Below, piece by piece: positions 9,585-19,527 of a stretch of 64,000 nt of DNA. The stretch's first letter is position 1. The number at the start of each line of letters is the position of its first letter. This stretch comes from an uncultured Pseudomonadota bacterium (lineage in GTDB: Bacteria > Myxococcota_A > Polyangia > Fen-1088): positions 97,278 to 161,277 of the forward strand of contig CAWKBC010000029.1 of the NCBI GenBank assembly GCA_963847705.1, in the 5' to 3' direction. A program made the position numbers and the translations under genes. Under the pieces are notes generated by a model, which was given only the letters and a program-made list of their open reading frames with translations, did no database searches and was not told the origin of the DNA.

Positions 9585-11150
9585 ATGCGCCGGATCTCGA
9601 TCTGCGTCGCCACGCTGCTGCTGGCGGCCTGCCACGCGCCGGCCGCCGGATCGTCGTTGGCGTCACCTCCCGAGGCGGCCGCGCCCGCTGCGCCTGGGGC
9701 CGCCTCCGAGGTGGCGCCTCGCGTGGTCGTCGTCGGCGGTGGAATCGCCGGTCTGGTCAGCGCCTACGCGCTCGGCAAGCGCGGCATCGCCACCCGGCTT
9801 CTCGAGGCCAGCGAGAGCTGGGGCGGGCGGGTGGCCACCGCGACCTACGCCGACGGCAACTACGCGGAGTACGGGATGCAGGAGATCTGGGCGGACAACC
9901 CGTTGCTCGGCATCGCCCGCGAGCTGGCGGTGCCGCTCGACGAGAAGGTGGAGGATCCGTATTCGAGCGTGGTGCTGGACGGCAAGCTCTTCCCCTTCGT
10001 CCAACCGACGGCGGAGAAGTTCTTGGCCTCGTTCCTGGATCCCGGCGAACGGAAGGCGCTGGCGGCCTTCATGCAAAGAGCGGCGGCGCTGGGCGAGGCG
10101 GCGCACGCGGCCGGGCCCTTGAGCCCGGAGCTGGAGCAGCTCCAGAGCGTGTCGTTCGCGGACTGGGTGGGAACGTTTGGTCTGCCGCCGCGGGTCTCGG
10201 AGTGGATCCGGCTCACCATCGAGTGCGAGCTGGCGACCGACTGGAAGAGCTTCTCCGGGTTGATCGGCCTCATCGAATTTCGGTTCTTTCTCGGTCCCGG
10301 CGAGCCCAATTACCACGTGCGCGGCGGCAACGCGCGTCTCATCGCCGCGCTGGTCGGCGCCATCCAGGGCCCGAAGACGCTGCTGGCCACGGTGACCGCC
10401 ATCGAGCGCTGGAAGACCCCCGATGGGCGCACGCGCGCCCGGGTCTCGTACATGCGCGATGAACGGCTGGAGACCGTGGAGGCCGACCAGGTGATCCTGG
10501 CGGTTCCGTTCTATCGCCTGCACCAGATCCAGATCGATCCCCCGCTGTCGGACCAGAAGTGGCAGGCCATCCTCACGCTCGGCCGCGGCCAGTACACCGT
10601 GGTGCACCTGCTGGTGGACAAGCGCGCGCGACAGATCTGGATGGTGCACGGCCGGTCGCCCTTTCCGGTCCTGACCGACGGCCCCCTCGGCGTCGTGTAC
10701 GGCGTGATGCACGAGAGCCCGGCCTCCCAGCCGCTCGAGGTCTTCTCGCTGCTGATCCACGGCGCCGCGGCGGGCGCCTTTCACATGGTGCCGCGCGAGA
10801 TCAAGGTGCGGGAGATCCTGACCGCGCTGGACAAGCTGTGGCCCGGCCTGTCAGCGCACGTCCGTTCGAGCCAGGTGTTCACCTATCATCCGGCGGCGCT
10901 CCCGGTCTGGCCGCCCGGCCGCTCGCCGCTGGATGAGGGCGCGCGCAGTCTGCGGGAGCCTGAGCTCGGTCTCTACCTGGCGGGCGACTACACGCTGAGC
11001 GGTCACTCCAACGGCGCGGCCGAGAGCGGTCTGGCGGTGGCGGCGCAGATCAGCCGGGACCTCACGGCGACGACGGCAGCGGCAACGACGCCCGCAGAGC
11101 GGTTTCGATCACCGCCAACCCCTCCTCCAGGAGATCTTCGGGCGCCGTGA
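9585..11150 (+). CDS. FAD-dependent amine oxidase family lipoprotein
   Basis: Lipobox MRRISICVATLLLAAC. Dinucleotide fold VVVVGGGIAGLVSAYALGKRGIATRLLEASESWGGR. C-terminal LYLAGDYT motif typical of flavin amine oxidases. Confidence 0.75.
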   Translation: MRRISICVATLLLAACHAPAAGSSLASPPEAAAPAAPGAASEVAPRVVVVGGGIAGLVSAYALGKRGIATRLLEASESWGGRVATATYADGNYAEYGMQEIWADNPLLGIARELAVPLDEKVEDPYSSVVLDGKLFPFVQPTAEKFLASFLDPGERKALAAFMQRAAALGEAAHAAGPLSPELEQLQSVSFADWVGTFGLPPRVSEWIRLTIECELATDWKSFSGLIGLIEFRFFLGPGEPNYHVRGGNARLIAALVGAIQGPKTLLATVTAIERWKTPDGRTRARVSYMRDERLETVEADQVILAVPFYRLHQIQIDPPLSDQKWQAILTLGRGQYTVVHLLVDKRARQIWMVHGRSPFPVLTDGPLGVVYGVMHESPASQPLEVFSLLIHGAAAGAFHMVPREIKVREILTALDKLWPGLSAHVRSSQVFTYHPAALPVWPPGRSPLDEGARSLREPELGLYLAGDYTLSGHSNGAAESGLAVAAQISRDLTATTAAATTPAERFRSPPTPPPGDLRAP

Positions 11151-12384
11151 GCGGCACCAGGAACCGCACGACGTTGCCGTAGGTCCCCGCCGACAGCAGC
11201 AGCACGCCGCGCGCGCGCGCCTCGGCGATCGTCCGCTGGGTCTCGGCCGCCGCCGGCTCGCGCGTGACCGGGTCGCGCACCAGCTCGATGGCCTGCATGG
11301 GGCCCAGGCCCCGCACCTCCCCGATGAGCGGCATCGCGCTGGCCAGGGCCCGCATCCGCGCCTCGATCCGCCGGCCCAGCGCCTGGGGACGGCCGCTCTC
11401 GAGCTCCGCTTCCAGGAGGCGGATCGCCTCCAGCGCGGCGGCGCAGGCGATCGGATTGCCGGCGAACGTTCCGCCGGTGCCGCCGGGCGCCACGGCGTCC
11501 ATGATGCTGGCGCGGCCGACCACCGCGGCCAGCGGCAACCCGCCGGCGATCGACTTGGCCACGGTCATCACATCCGGCCGCAGGCCCAATCGTTCCGATG
11601 CGAACATCGTGCCCGTGCGCCCGAAGCCGGACTGGATCTCGTCGGCGATGAGGACGATCCCGTGTCGGTCGCAGAAGGCGCGCAGCTCGGCGACGAAGCT
11701 CGCCGGCGCCACCAGGAATCCCCCCTCGCCCAGCACCGGCTCCAGGATGACCGCCGCCAGATCCTGCGGGCGCACCAGGGTCTTGAGCGCGGTCTCGATC
11801 CCGTTGCGCGGCCCCTGGCCGCGGTATTCGTAGGGGAAGGGCAACCGATAGATGTCGGGCGCATAAGGACCGAAGCCGGCCTTGTAGGGCAGCGCCTTGC
11901 CGGTCAGGGTGAGGGTGAGCAACGTGCGGCCGTGGTAGCCGTGCTCGAAGCAGAGGATGCCGCCCCGTCCGGTGAAGCCGCGCGCGATCTTGATCGCGTT
12001 CTCGACCGCCTCGGCGCCGGTGGTGATCAGCAAGGCGCGCTTTTCGAAGTCCCCCGGCATCAGCCGGCAGAGCGCCTCCGCGACCGCCACGTACCCTTCG
12101 TAGCCGACCACCTGGAAGCAGGCGTGGGTGCAGCGCCCGGCCTGTTGCTGGATGGCGGCCACGATCTCGGCGCGCGCGTGCCCGAGGTTGAGCACCCCGA
12201 TGCCGCCGGTGAAATCGAGGAAGGTGTTGCCGTCGACGTCGGTGAGGGTGCTGCCCGAGGCGTGCGCGACGAAGATCGGGTGCACGGTGGCGACGCCGTC
12301 CATCACCGCCCTCTGGCGCCGCTGCATCAGGGCCTGGCTCTTGGGGCCGGGGATCGGTCCCGCGATCCGGATGTACCGGCCCAT
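11062..12384 (-). CDS. gabT: 4-aminobutyrate/omega-amino acid aminotransferase (class III PLP enzyme)
   Basis: 440 aa, colinear with E. coli GabT from memory (LMQRRQRAV, LDFTGGIGVLNLGHA, ADEIQSGFGRTG, TVAKSIAGGLPL, GGTFAGNPIACAAAL). Confidence 0.8.
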   Translation of the reverse strand: MGRYIRIAGPIPGPKSQALMQRRQRAVMDGVATVHPIFVAHASGSTLTDVDGNTFLDFTGGIGVLNLGHARAEIVAAIQQQAGRCTHACFQVVGYEGYVAVAEALCRLMPGDFEKRALLITTGAEAVENAIKIARGFTGRGGILCFEHGYHGRTLLTLTLTGKALPYKAGFGPYAPDIYRLPFPYEYRGQGPRNGIETALKTLVRPQDLAAVILEPVLGEGGFLVAPASFVAELRAFCDRHGIVLIADEIQSGFGRTGTMFASERLGLRPDVMTVAKSIAGGLPLAAVVGRASIMDAVAPGGTGGTFAGNPIACAAALEAIRLLEAELESGRPQALGRRIEARMRALASAMPLIGEVRGLGPMQAIELVRDPVTREPAAAETQRTIAEARARGVLLLSAGTYGNVVRFLVPLTAPEDLLEEGLAVIETALRASLPLPSSP

Positions 12385-12386
12385 CG

Positions 12387-13853
12387 TCAGTACCAGCCGA
12401 GCGGGGCGTCGTTCAGGTTGATGTTGATCTGTTTGGTCTCGAGGTATTGCTCCAGCCCGCCTGGCCCGAGCTCGCGGCCGAAGCCGGATTGCTTGTAGCC
12501 GCCCCAGGGCGCCTCGTTGTAGGTCGGGTGGTAGGTGTTCATCCAGAGGATGCCGGCGCGCATCTGCTTCAGCACCCGGATGCCCCGGGTGGCGTCGCGC
12601 GTCCAGACCGCGCCCGCCAGGCCGTAGGGCGTGTCGTTGGCGAGGCGGACGGCCTCCTCCTCGTCGCGAAACGGGATCACCGCCAGCACCGGTCCGAAGA
12701 TCTCCTCCTGGGCGATGCGCGCGCGGTTGTCGACGTCGGCGAAGATGGTCGGTTCGACGAAGTTCCCCTGCCCGAGGCCCCGCCCGCGCGCGCGCCCCCC
12801 GCCGGCCAGGAGCCGCCCTTCGCCCTTCCCGATCTCGATGTAACCGAGCACCTTCGCCAGGTGCTCGGCGGTCACCAGCGGTCCCATCTTGGTGTCGCGC
12901 GCCAGCGGGTCACCCAGCCGGACCCGCGCGACCTTCTCGGTCAGCGCCGCCAGCATGCGATCGTAGATGGCGCGCTCGACCAGCAGCCGCGAACCGGCCG
13001 AGCAGACCTCGCCTTGATTGGCGAACGCGCCGAACAGCGCACCGTCCACCGCCTGCTCGAAGTCGGCGTCGGCGAACACCAGGTTGGGGTTCTTGCCGCC
13101 GAGCTCGATCGACATCCGCTTGATGGTGTCGGCGGCGCTCTTGATGATGCTCCGCCCCGCTTCCCCCCCGCCGGTGAAGGCGATCTTGTCGACGCGCGGA
13201 TCTTCGACCAGGGCCGCGCCGGCGCTCGGCCCATCGCCGGTGACGATGTTGACCACGCCGGGCGGCAGGTCCAGCGACTCGAAGATCTGCGCCAGCAGGA
13301 GCGCCGACAGCGGCGTCTGCTCGGCCGGTTTGAGCACCGCCGTGCAACCGGCAGCCAGCGCAGGCGCCAGCTTCCAGGCCGCCATCAGCAGCGGGTAATT
13401 CCAGGGGATGATCTGCCCGACCACGCCGACCGGCTCGCGCAGGACCATCGACAGCGCGTCGTCGGGAACCGGAAGGGTCTGGCCCTCGATCTTGCCGGCC
13501 AGGCCGGCGTAGTACTCGAAGCAATGTGCCGCGTCCGCCACGTCGAACTCCGCCTCGACGATCGGCTTGCCCATGTTGCGGGTCTCCGTCTCGGCCAGCT
13601 CGGCCGCGCGCTGGCGGATGGCCTCCCCGACCTTGTAGAGCAGGCTCCCGCGCTCGCGCGCCGTCCACTTCGAGAAGGATCCCCTGTCGAACGCGGCGCG
13701 CGCCTGCGCCACCGCCTCGCGCACATCCTCGCGCGCGGCTTCCGGGACGGTCGCCAGGACCGACTGATCGGTCGGGTTCACCACCGCGCGGGTCCGTCCG
13801 CCGCGAGCGTCGATCCAGCGGCCCCCCACCCACATCTTCAGCTGTGCGCTCAT
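12387..13853 (-). CDS. NAD-dependent aldehyde dehydrogenase (betaine- or aminobutyraldehyde-dehydrogenase-like)
   Basis: 488 aa. ALDH motifs FTGGGEAGRSI, ELGGKNP, NQGEVCSAGSR, EEIFGPV. Ends 3 nt before the start of the gabT-like gene. Confidence 0.85.
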   Translation of the reverse strand: MSAQLKMWVGGRWIDARGGRTRAVVNPTDQSVLATVPEAAREDVREAVAQARAAFDRGSFSKWTARERGSLLYKVGEAIRQRAAELAETETRNMGKPIVEAEFDVADAAHCFEYYAGLAGKIEGQTLPVPDDALSMVLREPVGVVGQIIPWNYPLLMAAWKLAPALAAGCTAVLKPAEQTPLSALLLAQIFESLDLPPGVVNIVTGDGPSAGAALVEDPRVDKIAFTGGGEAGRSIIKSAADTIKRMSIELGGKNPNLVFADADFEQAVDGALFGAFANQGEVCSAGSRLLVERAIYDRMLAALTEKVARVRLGDPLARDTKMGPLVTAEHLAKVLGYIEIGKGEGRLLAGGGRARGRGLGQGNFVEPTIFADVDNRARIAQEEIFGPVLAVIPFRDEEEAVRLANDTPYGLAGAVWTRDATRGIRVLKQMRAGILWMNTYHPTYNEAPWGGYKQSGFGRELGPGGLEQYLETKQININLNDAPLGWY

Positions 13854-13983
13854 GGCCTCAAATGCTAGGCAGCGTTGCGCCTTCCGACAGACCCCCGATC
13901 CGGAGCGGCGGTGAGCGCGACCGGTTCGTGGTTCCGGGATTCAGCGGGTAAGTTCCCGGTATGGAGCCACGACGGGATCGCGC

Positions 13984-14186
13984 GACTGCCCCTGCCATTC
14001 GGGGCTTCGGTACCACGCCTGCTGCAGACCTCTGCACCGGGGTGAGGCGGTGGCGGCGCGTCCCGAGGCGCTGATGCGCTCGCGTTACGCCGCCTTCGCC
14101 CTCGGGCTCGGGCCGTACCTTGTCGAGACGCTGGCGGCGCGTCACCCCGATCGGCGCCGTCCCCCCGCCGAGCTGGCGCAGCTTCC
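13984..14186 (+). pseudogene. truncated YchJ/SEC-C-motif family gene remnant
   Basis: Encodes DCPCHSGLRYHACC...PEALMRSRYAAFALG...LVETLAARHP, matching the N-terminal third of YchJ-type proteins. No ATG/GTG/TTG start was found upstream. The remainder of the ORF is antisense to the Hsp70-like gene and is low-complexity. Confidence 0.4.
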
Positions 14187-15464
14187 TCACCCACCTGAGA
14201 ACAGCTGCCGCGCCCGCGCCGCCAGGCCCCACGCCACGGAGGTGAGCTCCTCTCCGCCGGCCAGCTTCGCCTCGCCGAACCGCGCCGCCAGCCGCCCTCG
14301 GACGGCCGGAACCAGGGCGGAACCTCCGGTGGCAAACACGGTGTCCACGTCGGCAGCGCTGACCCCGGCGCGCCCGAGGACGTCGCTGACCACCGCGTCG
14401 ATGTCGTCGAGCTCGGGCGAGACCCATTCTCCGAACGCACCGCGCGTGGCCCGGGCGGCGAGGTCGAGCTGGGGTTGAACGAGCTCCGCGTCGTCGCGCG
14501 CGGACAACGCCAGCTTGCAGCGCTCGACCGCCTGATGCAACGGGAGCCCCAAATCGTCCTCCACCAGCCGCACCAACCGCGCGATCCGGCCCGGCTCGGA
14601 CGAGCCGTGATGGATGTGATCGAGCAGCTCGAGGGTGCTCGCCTCCTTCAAGAACGACAGGTGGTGCCAGCGCCGCAGCCGCAGGAACAGCCAGTGCGGC
14701 ACGGGGGTCATGGCCCCGAAGGCGTCGCGGTAGCTGGTCTCGCGCCCGAGCGCCGGGGCCACCAGCGCATCGATGATCCGCGCGTCGAAGCTGTCGCCGC
14801 CGAGGGCCACGCCTCCGGTCGCCAAGATCACGCCGGCGTCCCCGGGCGCCAGCCTGGGCCCGACCCGCAGGAGCGAAAAGTCGCTGGTCCCGCCGCCGAA
14901 GTCAGCCACCAAGATCAACTCTTCGTGGTCGAGGCGAGCGGCATAGCGAAGGGCGGCCGCGATGGGCTCGAGCTCGAAGACCACCTCGGTGAAGCCTGCC
15001 TCCGCCAAGGCGGCGCGCATGCGCCCCACGGCGCGCGCGTCGTCGTCGGCATCATCGGCGCCCCAGTAACGCACGGGCCGGCCCACCACGGCCCGGGCGG
15101 GCAAGGGGCGCTTCACGGCGCCGCGAAGCTGTTTGAGGTAGGTGGCGATGAGGGTCTCGAGCGTCCAGAAGCGACCGCCGATCATCGTGCGCGTGAACGA
15201 GGCGCTGGCCAGATGCGACTTGATCGACTGGATGAGCCGCCCCTGCCCCTCGTTCTGCACATGGCGGGCGATGGCCGGCGCGCCCGCCAGCGGCGGGGCG
15301 TCCGGATCGAAATGCAGCACCGTCCTCCAGGTCTTGGCCGTGGCCGCCTCGTCTCCCCAGGCCGCGCCCGGCAGGTCGGCCAAGCCCACCTGCCCCTCGT
15401 CCTCGGCGAGCGCGAGCGCGGTGTTGGTGGTTCCGAAGTCGATCCCCACGTGAACGGCCATCAC
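14187..15464 (-). CDS. Hsp70-family protein (YegD-like, no substrate-binding domain)
   Basis: MMAVHVGIDFGTTNTALA, DFGGGTSDFSLL, VFATGGSALVPAVR motifs. 425 aa. Confidence 0.75.
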   Translation of the reverse strand: MMAVHVGIDFGTTNTALALAEDEGQVGLADLPGAAWGDEAATAKTWRTVLHFDPDAPPLAGAPAIARHVQNEGQGRLIQSIKSHLASASFTRTMIGGRFWTLETLIATYLKQLRGAVKRPLPARAVVGRPVRYWGADDADDDARAVGRMRAALAEAGFTEVVFELEPIAAALRYAARLDHEELILVADFGGGTSDFSLLRVGPRLAPGDAGVILATGGVALGGDSFDARIIDALVAPALGRETSYRDAFGAMTPVPHWLFLRLRRWHHLSFLKEASTLELLDHIHHGSSEPGRIARLVRLVEDDLGLPLHQAVERCKLALSARDDAELVQPQLDLAARATRGAFGEWVSPELDDIDAVVSDVLGRAGVSAADVDTVFATGGSALVPAVRGRLAARFGEAKLAGGEELTSVAWGLAARARQLFSGG

Positions 15465-15568
15465 TGGACTTTTACTTCAAGTGGCGCCGCCCCACCCACG
15501 ACCACGCTCCGGGGTCACCGCACGATTCGGAGGCGCCGAGGCGCGTCTCCCGCTTGCGGTGACCGAGG

Positions 15569-17175
15569 TCAGCGTCGCAACAGGCGGCGGGCGCGGCCGA
15601 GCACCACGGAGGCTTCCGCCACCCCCAGCGCTCGCGTGGCGCCGAGGTAGCTGACGCCGAACGGCGCCAGCACCAGCAGCGCGCGCAGGATCGGATGCAG
15701 CGGCGGCAGCAGGTGCTCGATGCCCAGCGCGACCGCCGTCGCCAGCGCTGCGGAGCCCCAGAGCCTGGGCAAGACGCCCTTGGCGATGTGGCAAGCGCCG
15801 ATCCTCCGCGCGATGCCGCGCCGAAGCAGCGCGAACTCGACCCAGGCCGCGACGCCTGCCGAGGCCGTCAGGCCGGCCGCGCCGTAACGGCGAGGCAGCC
15901 CCAGCAGACCGGGCAGGTAGAGGCCGCAGAACACGCCGAGCGCCGCGGTGAGCGCGACCCGAATCACGGCGTACCGCAGGGGCGTGCGGGTGTCGCGCAG
16001 GGCATAGAAGGCGCTCGCGTAGAGACGCGCCATCGTCGCCGCCAGCAAGCCCACCGTGCTCCCCGCCAGGATGATCCAGACGTAGCGCGCGTCATTGGCG
16101 TTGAAGCGGCCGGTCTGGAACAGCGCCGCGCAGAGCACGTCGCCGAGCGCGAGGAACGCGGCGATGGTCGGAACGACGGGGTAGGCGATGGCCCGCAGCC
16201 CGGCCTCCGTCTGGGCGTGCAGGCGCTCGCGAACAGCCGCGTCGGCCGACATCGATGGCAACGCGGCGGCGCTGACCGCCATGCCGAACAGAGAGACCGG
16301 CAGCGTGTAGATCACCTGCGCATATCCGAATGCTGCCACCGCACCCGGGAGCCAACTGGCGATGAACGTATCCACATAGGCAGAGAGCTGCACGACCCCG
16401 CGTCCGGCGGCGACCGGCAGGAAGTTCCGGATCACCTCGGCGACGTGCGCGTTCCCACGCCCCAGCGACAGCCGAGCGCTCCTGCCGAGGAGCCGCAGCA
16501 CCGCGGGGACCTGAACCAGCAACTGGAGCGCGCCTCCCGCCACGGCGCCCCAGGCCGCGCAGAGGGCGATGCGGTTCTGGTCGTGCCGAGCTCCCGTGTG
16601 CGCGCCAAGAATCAGCGCCGCGATGATCGCCGCGCTCCAGACCACCGGTGCCGCATAGCTGAGGAAGAAGCGACCGTGGCTGTTGAGCACGCCGATGCAA
16701 AACGCCGAGAGCACGAGCAGCGCGATGGAGGGGAAGAAGATCCGCACCAGCACGATCGTCAGCGCGCGCGTCTCGCCGTGGAAACCGGGCGCGATGGCGT
16801 CGATCATCCAGGGCGTGGCGGCAACGCCTATCAGCGAGACCACCCCGGTGAGCAGCGTGAACAGCCCCGCCACTGCCCCCGCCACCTTGCGGGCCTCCTC
16901 CTCCTGGCCTGCCGCCCGCAGGCTGGCATAAACCGGGATGAAGGACGCGGAGAGAACTCCCTCTCCCAGGAGGTTCTGCAGGAAGTTGGGGATGCGAATC
17001 GCGGCCGCGTACGCGTCAGCGGCGGCCGCGATGCCGAGGTAATGGCCCAGCACCCGCTGGCGGACCAACCCTGCCAGGCGGCTGAGCAAGATCCCGGCCG
17101 CGACCAGGAGGGCGGCCCTGCCCGTCCCGCGCGCTGGCTTGGCCGGAGCGGCGGTGGTCGCCGCGACCTCGCTCA
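15569..17175 (-). CDS. murJ: lipid II flippase MurJ
   Basis: SRLAGLVRQRVLGHYLGIAAAADAYAAAIRIPNFLQNLLGEGVLSASFIPVY and about 14 TM segments. Start set at in-frame GTG 17175 (535 aa), so it no longer overlaps the neighbouring lipoprotein gene. Confidence 0.8.
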
Positions 17176-17220
17176 CCGGCCCCTGGACGTCGAGGATCGG
17201 CCCCTCATTCGCGAGCCCGC

Positions 17221-17631
17221 CTACTGGCCGCCGCCTGCGGCGGCGCTTGTTCCCGTCCCGCCACCGTGACCGCCGCCCGACCCGCTCGCCTTCCCGATGG
17301 CGCTCTTTGCCTCGAGCGCAGAGGTGATTGCGTTGTAGAACGTGATGGCGACCTTGTCGTTGGGGCCGCAATTCGCGTATTGTCCGTCGATGTGCTGCCC
17401 GCCAACGTCGCCACTGCAAGCCGATCCGTTGACGTTGCCGCATTCATTTGTCGTGGAGACCGACTGATTGAGCATGTACACGGTGTTTCCGGCCTCCTTG
17501 TAGCAGATGCAGGCACACGTATGCTCGGAGCTCTGTTTGGGCTGACACCCGATCACCGATGTCGCGATTGCAATCACCGCACCGGCCGCCAACGACCACA
17601 GACGCGACCTCACAGTTCGGCGAGTCGTCAT
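17221..17631 (-). CDS. small Cys-rich lipoprotein, unknown function
   Basis: ATG 17631: MTTRRTVRSRLWSLAAGAVIAIATSVIGC (lipobox). Nine Cys in total. Gly-rich tail. Confidence 0.5.
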   Translation of the reverse strand: MTTRRTVRSRLWSLAAGAVIAIATSVIGCQPKQSSEHTCACICYKEAGNTVYMLNQSVSTTNECGNVNGSACSGDVGGQHIDGQYANCGPNDKVAITFYNAITSALEAKSAIGKASGSGGGHGGGTGTSAAAGGGQ

Positions 17632-17761
17632 GGCACTGTCTCCTGATGCCCGAGGATAGTCGAGGATAGTCGAAGATAGGCCGCTGCGTCGCTGGCGGCA
17701 AGCTTTCCACCCAGGGCTGCTGGGCGAGAGGACCAGCGTCGAGCGGTGCTCCACGCGCGAG

Positions 17762-19066
17762 CTAGGACGACGGGACGATCACCGAGACCGGCCGCGTGGA
17801 GTCGGTGGTGGTGCCGTCGCCGAGCTGCGCCTTGCTGTTGTCCCCCCAGCACTTGACCGCGCCGCCCGAGAGCAAGGCGCAGGCGAAATAGTCGCCGGCG
17901 GCGATCTCGGTGACGCCGGTCAGCCCCGCGACGGCCACAGGCGTGGGCGAGCCGGTGGTGGTGCCGTTGCCGAGCTGCCCCCGGCTGTTGTCGCCCCAGC
18001 ACGTGACCGTGCCGCCCGCCAGCAGCGCGCAGACGTAGTTGCCGCCCTCGCGCCCTGCCGAGATGGCGGTGCCGGTGGTGATGCCAGAGACCGGATCGCC
18101 CGGCATGGGGACCAGGGTCGGGGTGGTGGCGCCGGTCCCGAGCTCGCCCGCGCTGTTGTCGCCCCAGCAGGTCACCGCGCCGCTCGTGCCGAGCGCGCAG
18201 GTCACGAAGCCGCCCGCCGACACCGCGCTGACCGCGCCCGGAAGGCCGATGACCGCCACCGGCATGCTGGAGTAGTTGCCCGAGGTTCCGACGCCCAGCT
18301 CGCCCAGGTTGTTGTCGCCCCAGCACGCGACCGCGCTCTGCTCGGTCACCGCGCAGGTGCGCTGGTCGCCCGCGGAGAGCCAGGTCGTCTGCCCGAGGCC
18401 GGTGGGCGCCGTCGGGGTCAGGGCGGTCTTGATGGTCCCGTCGCCGATCTGCCCGTTGACGTTGGTCCCCCAGCAGAGCACGCCGCCGGTGGTGGTGAGG
18501 GCGCACATGTGCTGGTCACCCGCGGAGATCGACGCGACGCCGGACAGGCCCGTGACCTTGACCGGCGTGGTGGAGCTGGTGGTGGACCCATTGCCGAGCT
18601 GCCCGTTGGTGTTGTCGCCCCAACACGAGACGGTCATGTCGGCCAGGACGACGCAGGCCCCCCCGAGCCCCGCCGCCACGGCCGTCGCGCCCGTGACGCC
18701 GGCGATCGCGACCGGCGGGCTGCACTTGATCGACGTGCAGTGCAGGGACGAGTCGTTCACGGCGCTGGCCAGCTCGCCGTTGTCGTTCTGCCCCCAGCAG
18801 CGCACGGTGCCGTCGCCGAGCAACGCGCAGGCAAAGTCGGCCCCGGCGGTGATCGCCGTGGCCCCCGTCAGCGGCGTTCCGGCGGCGGCGCCGCCGGTGC
18901 CGCCACTTCCCCCGGTGCCGCCGGTGCCGCCACTTCCCCCGGCGCCGCCGGTGGCGCCACCTCCCCCGGCGCCGCCCGACGATCCCGTTGTTCCGTTGCT
19001 CGACGACGACGAGCAAGCAAAGAGCGCCAGCGTTGAGACGACAGCCATCCGACCGAATTTCCCCAT
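17762..19066 (-). CDS. RCC1-repeat (beta-propeller) lipoprotein
   Basis: MGKFGRMAVVSTLALFAC lipobox, Gly-rich linker, then about 7 repeats of the CALxxxGxVxCWGxNxxGQLG pattern. The exact start among several Met codons (19066-19147) is uncertain. Confidence 0.7.
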   Translation of the reverse strand: MGKFGRMAVVSTLALFACSSSSSNGTTGSSGGAGGGGATGGAGGSGGTGGTGGSGGTGGAAAGTPLTGATAITAGADFACALLGDGTVRCWGQNDNGELASAVNDSSLHCTSIKCSPPVAIAGVTGATAVAAGLGGACVVLADMTVSCWGDNTNGQLGNGSTTSSTTPVKVTGLSGVASISAGDQHMCALTTTGGVLCWGTNVNGQIGDGTIKTALTPTAPTGLGQTTWLSAGDQRTCAVTEQSAVACWGDNNLGELGVGTSGNYSSMPVAVIGLPGAVSAVSAGGFVTCALGTSGAVTCWGDNSAGELGTGATTPTLVPMPGDPVSGITTGTAISAGREGGNYVCALLAGGTVTCWGDNSRGQLGNGTTTGSPTPVAVAGLTGVTEIAAGDYFACALLSGGAVKCWGDNSKAQLGDGTTTDSTRPVSVIVPSS

Positions 19067-19527
19067 GCCCATGTCCATGTCCCCAGCCATATCACGAGAT
19101 GCGTCCTCGGGAGGTGACGCCTGGCGGTGACTCCCCCCAAAAAACAACGGGGGGCGGCGCGCGTTCGTTGGGCGGGCGTTCGAAGGGGTCTCCCGGGAGG
19201 GCGCCTTCCGCGGCAGGGTGCCGAGATCGTCTCCGGGCGTTCGAACCTGGGCGTCGTCGAGAATCTCTCGTGACCGACATCACTCGAGTCCTGCAGAGGC
19301 GCGCGAGCGGAATGTTCGCACCGGCAGGGCCGACCCGGGGCCGGAGCGCTTACGTTGTTGTCCACCCTCATGCCAAGGGTTTCGTCGAACGCCCACCCTC
19401 GCTCCCCTGCTCTTCGGCTCCGCTGGTGTGAGCGCGGGCTGAGGGCACTTCGAGAAGAAGACCCGACGCAGCTGCCGTCCCGCTTCTGACGAGACTTGCC
19501 GCTCTCGGCTCGGTCTCGCGGGAGGGT

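Noticed and set aside
12447-17269. Long antisense ORFs 12447..13868 (+), 14475..15650 (+) and 15695..17269 (+)
   Set aside because: These are mirror ORFs of the aldehyde dehydrogenase, Hsp70-like and murJ genes, with no family signatures and skewed composition.
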